Below are positions 13,672-26,149 of a stretch of DNA of 64,000 nucleotides, one piece after another. The stretch comes from Chrysomallon squamiferum (taxonomy: Eukaryota; Animalia; Mollusca), in contig CM022670.1 in NCBI GenBank assembly GCA_012295275.1, positions 186,001 through 250,000 of the forward strand, in the 5' to 3' direction. The position numbers and the translations under genes are program-made. The notes beneath the pieces are model-generated. The model made no database searches. It saw only the letters and a list, made by a program, of their open reading frames with translations, and was not told the DNA's origin. How positions within the stretch are numbered: the stretch's first letter is position 1; the number at the start of each line of letters is the position of its first letter.

Positions 13672-13754
13672 CACTGGTTACACGCCACACGGTTTCACTG
13701 GTTACACGCCACGCGGTTTCACTGGTTACACACCACACGGTTTCACTGGTTACA
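13672..13754. repeat. 24-bp minisatellite CACTGGTTACACGCCACACGGTTT, 3.5 copies
   Basis: Unit starts at 13672, 13696, 13720 and 13744, with 1-2 substitutions between copies. Confidence 0.95.
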
Positions 13755-14315
13755 ATACTTCAATGTTTTCATTTCCCTGTAAAACATGGCAACAGCCTTC
13801 ACAGTGGACAATTAATTAATTACAATTTCAAATAAGTTTGTGGTTCTTTGCTGTGTTATACAGTAAAACATGGCAGTGAAAAGTTACTCATGTGTTTGAA
13901 AAGACACATCTGTTGTACCTTGTTTTTTTATTGTGGCTGTATTATCTTAGTGTTATTATAATTCAATATTACTCTGGAAAATGCATAGCCATGTTTTTGT
14001 TGATGTGAGTGATTTGTAGAATATCCATATTTGTCTCTCTTCAGTGATCCAGAAATCCATTCATCCATCTGGATCAAACTGAATAACAGACACAAAAATA
14101 GACATACAAAACATAAACAACCTACACCACACATTCATTCACATACACACACCAAAAACACACACGCATGCATATATACATTTATCCAAATATATTTACA
14201 CAAATGCACATATATTATATACATTACACATACAAAACATTCATGTAAACATTCTGTATAGCCAAACACACAAATACATATAATAAATAAACTTGCATAT
14301 AAAGTACATTTATAG

Positions 14316-14476
14316 TATGTATGTGTGTGTGTGTGTGTGTGTGTATTTCTGTGTATATATATATATATGTATGTATGTATGTATGTTTGTGTACATGTCT
14401 GTGTATGTGTGTGTACATATGTATGTATGTGTGTGTATGTATGTATGTGTGTGTATGAATATGTATGTGTGTGTAT
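14316..14476. repeat. Compound (TG)/(TA)/(TATG) simple repeat
   Basis: Direct inspection. It produces the VCVC/HTHT ORFs. Confidence 0.9.
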
Positions 14477-14735
14477 GAATGCATTATACTCATATCACAT
14501 GTGTATCTGTTAGACATATTTCTGTTATCATTAAACTTTCATCATCTCTTTTCTTTCTTTTTGAAACTTTTAACAACAGTTTATTGCAGAAAGTCAGGGC
14601 TGAACTCAGCACCTGTCTGTGTTCAAAATGTCATTTTTCAAAGAAAACTCTTCAAGTGTAGCAGCCTCAGTCTCGCAAACAGCTGCTGTATCATACAGCC
14701 TTTGATAGGCCTGTTCTAGAACAAGCAAACACTCG

Positions 14736-15060
14736 ACTGAGAGCACTCAAGAGGTTTGATCTTATGACCCATCAAGCCTCAGGTGAAAATCTTAGCATAC
14801 AATATAATAATTAGGTTTAGTAATATAAACAGCTGTTTGTTGTGTAAAGCTTTTGATTGTTCAGTAGTGGAGCCCTGGCTGGAACGAGAAAAAAGCCTAC
14901 TGAGTCCACTCAAGTGGTTTGATCTTATAACCTGTCAAGCTTCAGATGAAAATCTTAGCATACATTATAATAATTTGGTTTAGTAATGTAAACTGCTTTT
15001 ATCTTGTAAAGACTTTGATAAATCAGTAGTGGAGCCATGGTTGGATTGAGAAAACATCCT
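14736..15060 (-). mobile_element. Tandem duplication (163-bp unit, 2 copies) of a tRNA-derived SINE 5' fragment
   Basis: ACTGAG..CACTCAAG.GGTTTGATCTTAT at 14736 and 14899, with the whole unit repeated. CAGTAGTGGAGCCCTGGCTGGAACGAGAAA matches, from memory, the reverse complement of the 5' part of a gastropod SINE (TTTCTCGTTCCAGCCAGTGCACCACGACTG). Confidence 0.6.
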
Positions 15061-15127
15061 TGAAACTATTTTCACTGAAAGATATAACTTAACAAAACCA
15101 GTTTTAATCATTACACCTACTCACATG

Positions 15128-15164
<37 letters not shown>

Positions 15165-16812
15165 CAGCTGCACTGTAATATTTATCCTGGTAACAAAATA
15201 TGACAGCATTTCTAAATCTCCTGTGAGATAAAGTCATCGTTTTGAAGTGATGGAAACTCAATTAAATTTTACATGTGACTGAATGACTTTATGCCTGGCA
15301 CCTTTTAATACTGATGATAAGTGGGTGCAAAGCGTGTGTTTTTTACGAGGTGGAGATGTCTGATGTATTTGTCATGTCTGAAAATGTGCAGTCTATGCAG
15401 CTAACACGGTTTTACATACTTGAGAATGCCTGTTTGTTAAGTCTGGGAAAAATAATACCACACTTCTCAGTTCATGTGAAAATTATTTGTGTCAAGGGAG
15501 GCAATTAAACTGAATAAAAGAAAAAAATGATTTTCTTTGTTTGAAGAGCTCTTTAAAATGTGTAACACCGTTTTATGGGAATTTTGTAATGTGTATATTT
15601 TAAACTGATGATAATTATTATTGTTGTTGATCATCATGATTTGGGCTGTGTTTTTTTTGTGTTTTTTTTTAAACTTATTTATTATTTTAAAACTACTTAA
15701 ACATTTAAATATGTTGATGTGAATAGAAAGAAATGGTGGTGTGGGACACTTTTAAACATTTGAAAATCTAATTTATATGTCAATACATTAATTTCACCTT
15801 CCAGTCCACCCATCCATTCATCCAGACATCTGTTTCTTCATCTCATTTTCCTTCCACACATACAATACTCAGTTCATTAAACTGTACAATGTAAAGATCA
15901 TAGGTCATCTTATAATGAAAATCTATTTTAATCTTGCTAGTGCCAATCAGGGGCAGATTGGGGGTTTCAGAAGAAGGGGGAGTCTCATCAATAACAAGTT
16001 ATTGCTTGTAAATTTTAAATAAAATATAATTACTTCAGTCTGGTAATTAATGACTAATGCACATTTTTGTGTTTTAGTGTTGAACTGTCGTTAAACCTTC
16101 CTCCTATCTGCCTTTTTTTTTTTCCCATTCTTTATTACTTTCCTCATTCTCTCCTTTTTCCATATTTCCTCCTTGTATTCCTTCATTTTTTACTTCTTTA
16201 ATTCATTAATTCGTTCATTCATTTCCTTTCCTTTTCTTCTGTTTATATAATTTTTTTTTTTGAGTCAAAATATAATTACATTTAATAATAAAGAAAGTTA
16301 AAAAACAAAAAAAAACAAATAAGAGTTAGCCCCTAAATAAGGGTTGTCTGTTGAAGAGCTGCTCCTGAATCTGCCCCAGTCAGAACTGGTTGATACAGTA
16401 ATCTTTACTTCAGAGCTATCTCAACACACAATCATTTTGTTTAACACAGTACAAAGCCACCTGAACACAACAGTTTTGGTTGATACCCCAGAAAGCCATC
16501 TGAGCACTTTCCCATTGAAAATGTCACTGAGTGTGTGTAATAAATGTGTGAGCACTGCAATGGAAGTAAATTGTTTCATTGTCACAGACATATCAGTGCA
16601 GCACAGCGGGGGACAAACCACTCTGGATTAGTTTAAGTATTTCCACTGAGTTTCACTTGTCCAGGCTTAGAGATGTGACTCTGTGACACTATTAAAATAA
16701 CTTTTATGTATAAATGGTTTCATGATTGATTTATTTATTGTCTTTTTGTATATTGCATTTGACAGATTTATTAATAACAGCCCTAGGTACTTTGTTTTTA
16801 CTTCATATAGGC

Positions 16813-16813
<1 letters not shown>

Positions 16814-16868
<55 letters not shown>
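16814..16868. repeat. (CA)n microsatellite
   Basis: Direct inspection. Confidence 0.95.
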
Positions 16869-16871
<3 letters not shown>

Positions 16872-18684
16872 CATAGTTTTTAATTCTATATTTATAAGTT
16901 ACTCATTGATATTGTCATATTGACGTCAGTTTGAAATGAACATATTGTAGCTTACTGACAGAGTACTAGCTTGAGGCATGGTTGGTCAAGAGATCAATTC
17001 TACACAGGTGTCACATTCCTATCAGTATCTACATCATGTGCTTGTATATGAAAAGCCATGTGATTTCCCTGTACACGAGAAGGTGAATATGAAAGATTTC
17101 TTGAAGCTAATTAAAAAGAGTATCTTTTATAGCTGGATACTCCAGACTGCTTTCTCATTTGTATGGTATTTAAACACATGTATGTATGATGTCCTTTTGA
17201 TTTATAATATATTGGGTATGTTGTTAAAATAAATGTATCTGTATATGTATATGTGCTTGTGTATGTCTATATGTATGTGTGTGAGTGGTGTGTGTGTTGT
17301 GTGTATAGTGTTTTTAGATGAAACTCAAAGACATTTTGATACGTTATAGATCTATTCAGCCACATATGTGAAGTTTTGCTCACCATTCAGAATATGTATG
17401 CATGTCATGTATTGCGGTCACATCTGAAATGAAAGCATGTGCTCAAATGACATCTGTTGGAAAAATACTGAACTTGTGTTCCAAACTAATATGCATGTAT
17501 GTGTGTATGAATCCATACCTATACATGTGTGTGTGTGCGTGCATGTGTGCATGCAAGCGTGCTATCATTTGATACATGTTTCTGATTTAAAGTGTTATTT
17601 TCATATCACTGAATGGTGGGAGGGGTCCACACATTACTGAGTGTCACATTGTTGATGATCTTCTTGACCAGTGTTAGTTCAGTAGGTGTGTGTGTGGTAC
17701 GTGATTCAAACACTGGACACTGGAAAACAGGTGTGGGTTTCTTTCTTTCACTGTCTTCCTCTGTTTTCAGTCACTGTTTGTATTTCCCATCTGTTAGTAG
17801 TAAAGTAAGTTAGTAAAGTAAGTTTGTAAAGAAGATATATATTCATATTACACTAAAATGTGTTTGTATACAGTAAAATAAGATAATAATGCAGATAAGT
17901 GTTTTCACTGAGTATATTTTTTCATATTAAAGGTGTTGTCAGTTCATTCTTGATTCATATTACTTTCACAATGATTAGAGGGTGGCAAAGGTATACATAG
18001 ACTGAGTCTTATTACTAAACTGTGATAAAAACATTAAAAAATCAAATAAAATATTATACTGCTGCTGCTATTACTACTATAACAACTACTATTACTACTT
18101 CTGCTGTTACTACTGTTATATTACTGCTATTACTACAGGTACTGCTGCAACTACCACTACTCCTATAATTAATGTAAACTTCATGAAGTAAGTGCAGTAA
18201 GACTAATATTATTTCATTCAGTTACAATTTGAATTCATGATTTTAAAACAGGACGTGGGGAAAAAAGAATTTTCACTTTTATAACAGAATTAATCTTCAG
18301 CAGATCTGTAAAATGAAAAATGTAATTTGAGTTTTATTACTTTTTGAATTAAACTTTTAGCATGTAACAGATATATATATATATATATATAAAAATGTGA
18401 TTTGAATTTTGTTACTATTTGAATTAAACTCCACTAAACAACAGCTTTTTTTTAAAAATGAGTTTCCAGTTATTCACTGAGCTGTGCTGTGTTTCCCATC
18501 TGATATGAAAACATCATTGATTTCCTATAACAATTAAACAATACATAGCTACACTCCATATCAGCATCATCGTCATCATCATCATCATCATCATTCTTCC
18601 ACACACTGCCATGCACTTCACATAATTCTCAGAATGAAACACATGTTTACATCGACATAAAAGGAATTTTTTTTTTTTTTTAAA

Positions 18685-19432
18685 CGGCTTTACTTGTACA
18701 GCGCCGACTTGAATTGTCAGAAAACCGTATTAGAAGAATTAACCCACAACCGTTGTGGGACTGACTCTCCTGGGCTGCTCCTTCATCCAATCAATACTAA
18801 TTCACTCTGAACACTACGGGCCAGCCTCTCCACAGCACACCGAGTCTCCTGGCCTTCTAATGCAGTTATGCTGCTGTTCTGCAGAGTGGTACAGACTTTC
18901 ATCATCCTCCCGAAAGCTTTGCATTCGCGATTCTTTCGAATCGCATCATTCTCATTATAACTGACTTCAAATTGTGCAGTGTGGATGTGACTTGTGCATG
19001 CTGTACTCGAAGACTGCGGGAGCAAATTGTTGCACCTTGAGGATTACAAAGTAACAGTATACAGCTACACCAGCATAGCAGTATCCCAGTACAGTTATAT
19101 GTGTATATACACATACGTATATGAATAATATATATTGTTTGGGATCTTTTCATAATTTGCTGGTGCTTTTTGAAAAATAGGAGAATTTAATAACAACTGT
19201 AGTTGTTTAATTCTGGTTTTGACAAACTACTGAGAAAGTGGTGGACTGACAGCTAAAAAATTTGTGTGTGAAAAAGCTGTGTGATCACATTCACTAGTGA
19301 CAGTCCATGTGTGAAAATGGACTAATTGTGTTTATCTGTTACTCAGACAAATTGTTACACAGGACTGATGATTAACTGTGCTGATAAACTGCAGCAGTTT
19401 CTTACATGTGCAATGGCTCCGTGCAGGTAACA
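18685..19432 (+). promoter_or_regulatory. CpG-rich candidate promoter and long 5' exon ending at CAG|GTAACA
   Basis: One of the densest CpG stretches in the window (18685-19020). CCAAT at about 18788 and palindrome CCCACAAC-C-GTTGTGGG at 18743-18759. ATGGCTCCGTGCAG at 19413-19426 is followed by donor GTAACA at 19427 and then AT-rich, intron-like sequence. Confidence 0.45.
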
Positions 19433-19520
19433 TTTAGTTTTGTGTCTTTTATTGTTCATGTCAGTGATGTGATTTAAAAAAAAAAAAACAATATTATTAC
19501 TATTATCATTATTATTGTTG

Positions 19521-19566
<46 letters not shown>

Positions 19567-20444
19567 CATTAATTTTTTTTTTTTTTAAATTAACAGATTA
19601 AATGTATTATGTATCTGGAGGTATAAGGTAAAATGAATTTTGTAAGTCAGATGATTTTGTGTTATAAGGTAAAATGAGTTAAATATTTTGAACTGTTGGA
19701 CTTGATTTAAAGTTTTTTGTTTTGAGGATAAGACAGTTAAATGTTTAGTATTTCATTTGGTGCAGTGGAAACTTTCACTTGTTTTGAATTATGAGTGTAA
19801 AATTTATTTTTATATGTTGACTTACATGGTTAAATGAAATTTGTATTTAGAGTTTGTTTAAGATTTTGCAAGGTTTATAATATAAATGAATAACAGTAAT
19901 ATTTTTATTTATTTATTTTTGATTTAATGAAGGACAAATTATTTTAATACAGAATGATTTTTTTTTATTTTATTGGCTAAATATAAATTTATTATTTGCA
20001 TTCAAATACTGTAAATTTTTGTTATTATTATTTATTTATTTATTTATTTATTTATTATTTGTGTTGTTGATCTGAGGGTGAGATGACTGGGTTTTTTTTG
20101 TTTAAGATAAATTTATTTTTTCAACTTCGTGCTGATATTCTGATGTATTTTGGCGATACAAGTTAACTTATTTTTATTTTATGAGTCAGGCTGACCACAA
20201 AAGTTTTTAAATAATATTTTTATACAGGTATTTTTTAGCAATTTAGATTTATACAGGTAAAAATAGTTTAAGTTTACTGAGATTAAATTACCTTCTCATT
20301 GTCTCTTGGCAACAAAAAAACATTTAAACAAAAAAAGAAAGAAAGAAAAATCAATGTTTTTATATTTAGGTGTATTTATCAGTGGTAATATGATCCATTT
20401 TAAAATCTATAAGTAACTGCCATTAGTCATAGAATAAATTTAGA

Positions 20445-20690
20445 AATGATACAGAATTCAAAGTTAATGTTTTGATGTGATATAAATTTCATAGTTTATG
20501 TTTTAAAATGATACAAATTTCATAGTTAATGTTTTGATGGGATATTAAATTTCATAGTTAATGTTTTAAAATGATACAAATTTCATAGTTAATGTTTTAG
20601 TTTGATACAGATTTCACAGTTAATGTTTTGATATGATATGAATTTGATAACTATTTTAAAATGATATACAATTCATAATTAATTCATAGT
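20445..20690. repeat. 31-bp AT-rich minisatellite TGATACAAATTTCATAGTTAATGTTTTAAAA, about 7 copies
   Basis: AAATTTCATAGTTAATGTTTT recurs at about 31-bp intervals. Confidence 0.9.
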
Positions 20691-20934
20691 TATATATGTG
20701 GTACTTTTAAGTGAAATCTATAAATTATTAATTTTACATTCAGATTTAATTACATTTGTTATAAGTTGAGATAAACAGTTTACAGGAACAGAAGTTAAAA
20801 TGGTTATTATTTGATATATATATATATATATATATATATGTGCATGTATATTAGTATATATTTTATATATATTTATATTGATATATATTTTATATCTCTA
20901 TATTAGTTTATATCTCAATGGCAAATCTCTATTA

Positions 20935-20969
<35 letters not shown>

Positions 20970-21740
20970 CCTGTCATATACCAGTAATAGTACATATATC
21001 AGATCTATTGTATATCAGTGTATATTTTATAGATCTGTTGCATATTTTGATAAAAAACACGTAATAGCTAATTCAGTTTTTGCACCTGTGCAGTGTGTTA
21101 CATGAATCATTAATAATCTGACATGTATTGGATTATAATGATTTCTGTATAACAGCTTAATAATGTTCTGTTTCAGTATATTATTTTGATCCAAATTACT
21201 GCTGTCATTTCAGTTGAATCTGTATAAGTTTTAAAATTTTGATATGCATTGCTGAATAGATAAATACTTGACACATTCTAAGTGATGACAGATGATATGT
21301 GACAGTTGTAATGAAATAACATGTGATAGTTTGTAAAATTATCAGTTTATATTTTACATGAAAGTATTATTATTGCTGAAATTTCTGTTTATTGATACGT
21401 TATGATATCAGTAATGATAATGATGATGATAACGATAATAACACGATAATTAAGATAATGATGATAATAATAATATGTACAGATGTATAATTGTGTGATG
21501 TTTTCAATGATAGCAACAAGAGTGATATAGTAACTGCATTCATTTTGTTACTTTCATTAGTAGCAGTAACATTAGCATTATTAACAGTGGAACTGAAAAC
21601 AACAGCAGAAGTAGCAGCAGCAATAGTACCATTAATAATAGTTGTAGTAATAGTAGCAATATTGTAACAGTTGTAGTAGTAGTAGTAGTAGCAGCAGCAT
21701 CAGCACTAAAAGTTATATAATAGCAGTAGTAATAATAATT

Positions 21741-21910
21741 TGGTTTATCAAAAGCCAAGTATGTATTTTCCCATAAATGGGAAGGTGTGTATAAAAGATC
21801 ATTAACTGCTATTTAATATTTATTTTCTTGTTACGTGTGTCTTATTTTACATATAGCCACACTTTAATATGTGTTGAGTGCGTCATTAAATAAAATGTTC
21901 TTCCTTCCTT
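21741..21910 (+). mobile_element. Decayed tRNA-derived SINE, core plus 3' tail
   Basis: TGGTTTATCAAAAGCC..GTATGT..TGGGAAGGTGTGTATAAAAGATC..CTGCTA resembles the conserved core GGGATGGTGCATATAAAAGATCCCTTGCTGCTAAT (Meta-domain-like, from memory). The tail ATGTGTTGAGTGCGTCATTAAATAAAATGTTCTTCCTTCC matches the tail I recall for that gastropod family. Confidence 0.7.
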
Positions 21911-21985
21911 TTTCAAGTAGCTGTCTTTCTTAATGCTATTAATGATGATGTTCAGATATTTACAATTGAATATTTTTGCTTTCAG

Positions 21986-22060
21986 GTATTTTTGATGAGG
22001 GACATTTTTACTTGATAACCAGTCTACAGTTTTGGATTTAAATTTTTGTCATCAGGAAAG
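21986..22060 (+). other. Candidate 75-nt internal non-coding (5'UTR) exon
   Basis: Acceptor TATTTTTGCTTTCAG (AG at 21984-21985) and strong donor AAG|GTAAGT (22061). Stop codons occur in all three frames. Confidence 0.6.
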
Positions 22061-22119
22061 GTAAGTGTTTTAATATTTTTTTCATGCACCTTTTCCTTCC
22101 ATTCTTCCACCAACCCAGC

Positions 22120-22320
22120 CCTTAATCTCTCCATATGTCCATCCATTCATTCGTCCATCTGTCTGTCCATCCAGCCATTTCTTCATCCATTTATTTGTCC
22201 ATTTGTCACTATGTCCAGTCTAGTATCCATTCATCCATCCATCCATCCATTTAACAGTCCTTCTTTCCATCCATTCTTCAGTATATCTGTCTGTCAATCC
22301 ATCCATCCATTTATCTGACA
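22120..22320. repeat. Degenerate (ATCC)n simple repeat
   Basis: Repeated CATC/CATT/TGTC tetramers. Confidence 0.8.
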
Positions 22321-23654
22321 TCTGTCTATAATTACAGATGTTTGTTAATTACTACTCTGACCTGCACATTATTAAAGGGATTCTATCTGGTATATGAATG
22401 ATGAATTAATTTTCCTCCCTGTATCAAACTGTCTGCTGGGATAATGATCTATTTGTATTGACTGCTTTATATTATGAGTGCACACAAATCAATATTTGTA
22501 ACAGGAACACAGCTGCAAGGATTTGGATTTCCAGTTGATACTTGAAAGATATATTTAGTTGTAAATAATATTTTATCAAGGTATCACTGGATTGAAATTA
22601 TATCTGTTATTTATTTGTTTTAAAAAGCATCAGTCTTTAAATGATATTTTGATTATAATAGATTATTTTCATGCCACTGGTTTAAATAATTTGAAAAATT
22701 TATATATTTTTAAAAGGTGGTCACATAGTATTCATACTTCTATTTTTTAAATATTTATTAAAATATATAAATACATAGATATGTCACTGAATATCACAAC
22801 AAAACTATTTTTAAAGTAGTACTTAGCTAAAACTAATCTGATTAAATTTCATTAAACTGTTACATATTTTTAAAGTGATTTAGTCTGTTATTAGTATTGT
22901 TTACCATGGTACTGGAATGTAATATTACTGGATATTTCTTCCAGAGAAAAGAGAATATGGTATTTCTTCCTGTATATGAATATCACAGGAGTATAATATT
23001 TTGTTTTCTCATGTATTATTAACATGTTATCTCAACACTTATGGGACAGATTAACATTCATCTACTCTGTTTTTCTCAAACAGCCTCTGTCTGTAACAGT
23101 GGCATTGAGCTGCAGTCAATATGTTGATGTTTGCACACTGAACTTACATTAACTGTCGTTCACCTGTTACTTTTTTTTTTAAAGGGAGTCGTACATCTTT
23201 TCATGTGGTAGTTAACAGTAATCGATGCCATGTTAATTGTGTATTTTACGAATGTCTATAACAGCTGTACTTTGCATTAAATATATTTTTTTAATGGCAG
23301 TCATACTTTCCCAGTGGGCTGTGTAATACATGCATGAAAGAAGGGGTGACTGAAAGTTGTGTAAAATATCAAACAGCTTTAATTTTTTCTTAAATATCTA
23401 TATTCTCTCTTTTTCTGTTTTATATATTTTTTTTTATATTTTCAAAGATAGTCATTAGTAGATTGTATTGTTTTTAAAGGGAATTGGTCCTACCTTGTAT
23501 ATATTATTAAAAAGAGTCAGTTTTGTGTGTTGGTATCAGTTAATTAACTGAATAATACAAGCCAGTGGGTTGTGTTATTTGATGATGGCCAATCAGTTAA
23601 GTCTTAATACTAACTGAAGTTGTTTATTGTTCTTGCTGGTGCAGAAGAATAAAA

Positions 23655-25275
23655 CAAATATATGTGTGTGAGTACGTGATACAAATATATGTGTGTGAGT
23701 ATGTGATACAAATATATGTGTGTGAGTGTGTGATACAAATATATGTGTGTGAGAGTGTGATACAAATATGTGTGTGAGTATGTGATACAAATATATGTGT
23801 GTGAGTGTGTGATACAAATATATGTGTGTGAGTATGTGATACAAATATATGTGTGTGAGTATGTGATACAAATATATGTGTGTGAGTACGTGATACAAAT
23901 ATATGTGTGTATGTGATACAAATATATGTGTGAGTATGTGAAACAAATATATGTGTGTATGTGATACAAATATATGTGTGTGAGTACGTGATACAAATAT
24001 ATGTGTGTGAGTACGTGTGTGTGAGTGCATTGATACAAATATATGTGTGTGAGTATGTGATACAAATATGTGTGAGTATGTGATACAAATATATGTGTGT
24101 GAGTATGTGATACAAATATATGTGTGATAATACAAATATATGTGTGTGAGTATGTGATACAAATATATGTGTGTGTGAGTATGTGAAACAAATATATGTG
24201 TGTGAGTGTGTGATACAAATATATGTGTGTGAGTACGTGATACAAATATGTGTGTGTATATGTGATACAAATATATGTGTGAGTATGTGATACAAATATA
24301 TGTGTGTGAGTATGTGATACAAATATATGTGTGTGAGTATGTGATACAAATATATGTGTGTGAGTACGTGATACAAATATATGTGTGTATGTGATACAAA
24401 TATATGTGTGAGTATGTGAAACAAATATATGTGTGTATGTGATACAAATATATGTGTGTGTATACAAATACAAATATATATGTGTGTGTGATACAAATAT
24501 ATGTGTGTGATACAAAAATATATATGTGTGTGAGTATGTGTGATACAAATATATGTGTGTGAGTACGTGATACAAATATGTGTGTGAGTACGTGATACAA
24601 ATATATGTGTGTGAGTATGTGATACAAATATATGTGTGTGAGTATGTGATACAAATATATGTGTGTGAGTATGTGATACAAATATATGTGTGTGAGTATG
24701 TGAAACAAATATATGTGTGTGAGTGCATTGATACAAATATATGTGTGTATGTGATACAAATATGTGTGATGCTATATGTGTGTAGGTTTACAAATATATG
24801 TGTGTGAGTATGTGATACAAATATATGTGTGTGAGTATGTGATACAAATATATGTGTGTGAGTATGTGAAACAAATATATGTGTGTGAGTACGTGATACA
24901 AATATATGTGTGTGAGTATGTGATACAAATATGTGTGTGAGTATGTGAAACAAATATATGTGTGTGATGCATTTTTACAAATATATGTGTGTGTGAGTAA
25001 ATTTTACAAATATATGTGTGAGTTGTGATACAAATATATGTGTGAGTGTGTTGATACAAATATATGTGTGTGAGTATGTGATAAAAATATGTGTGTGAGT
25101 GTGTGATACAAATATATGTGTGTGAGTGTGTGATACAAATATATGTGTGTGAGTGTGTGATACAAATATATGTGTGTGAGTGTGTGATACAAATATATGT
25201 GTGTGAGTGTGTGATACAAATATATGTGTGTGAGTATGTGATACAAATATATGTGTGTGAGTATGTGATACAAAT
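23655..25275. repeat. Large 27-bp minisatellite GATACAAATATATGTGTGTGAGTATGT, about 1.6 kb (roughly 60 units)
   Basis: Unit read directly. Variants differ mainly by 2-6 nt indels in the TA/TG tracts. It explains the long minus-strand ORFs. Confidence 0.98.
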
Positions 25276-25659
25276 TTCTAATAATTGTAGAACATCATAT
25301 TTAGGTTGCTATTTTTTGTTGTTTCTTTCTTATTCTGTCTCTCTCTCTTTTGATCTTTTTTTTTTTTTTTTTTATTTAAGCTTGGCAAAGGTATATAAAT
25401 TATTTCAGTACTTTTGTTTAACATTAAATTTTCAGTACTTTTTTTATACTTTTATTTCAGAATGTTTAAGGTTATTTTGGTGTGTCTGATAGTGTGAGGC
25501 TGTTTCAATACTTTCAGATTATTCCCACACTTGGGACTGTGTACACAGTGAATCATGTCCACTGGGTTCTTGATTAATTTTCTTTAATACCATTACCTTC
25601 AATAAATAATGTATTTATTAATTAGCTCATCATTTGCATGTCAGACTTATTTCTTCCTT

Positions 25660-25661
<2 letters not shown>

Positions 25662-25729
<68 letters not shown>
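25662..25729. repeat. (CT)n microsatellite
   Basis: Direct inspection. Confidence 0.95.
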
Positions 25730-25735
<6 letters not shown>

Positions 25736-26149
25736 GTCTGTCTGTTCATTACCATCATTATGTTGTTTGCACATCAGTCTTTCTCAATCTTTCTCTTTCA
25801 GCTTCTCTCTTTCTCTATTACATTCAGTAAATCATGACTTTATTAATTAGTAGATGGTTTGTCTACCATCCATTCTGTCTGACGCTGTCAACCTCCCTTT
25901 TCCTGTACATATAACACCTATTAATTACATTTTTTAAAAACATTAATAAATTAAAAAAATTATGTTCCAATTTCTGAACAGACCATTCTGTAAATTTACT
26001 GCGATTCATAAAAGAAAAAAATTTCAGTATGATTTACCAAAAAAGGTCTTGATGGAAGATCAAGAATTGAGTAAGTCTAGAATTTGTAAGGCCCATTTCC
26101 TTATGAAGTTGTACACAATACATGATTACAAAACATGAGATATCATTAT

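Noticed and set aside
18755-19153. Overlapping 69-83 aa ORFs in the CpG island
   Set aside because: No recognisable domain or consistent exon boundaries. Higher GC alone lengthens chance ORFs.
20215-20262. Two nearby TATACAG|GTA motifs as recursive splice sites
   Set aside because: Weak, A-interrupted pyrimidine tracts. They look like a small local duplication in AT-rich DNA.
23593-24953. Three long ORFs (388, 447 and 370 aa) rich in His/Thr/Ile/Tyr, as real metal-binding proteins
   Set aside because: They lie almost entirely in the 27-bp minisatellite. All three frames are open only because the unit lacks stops, and non-3n indels are frequent.
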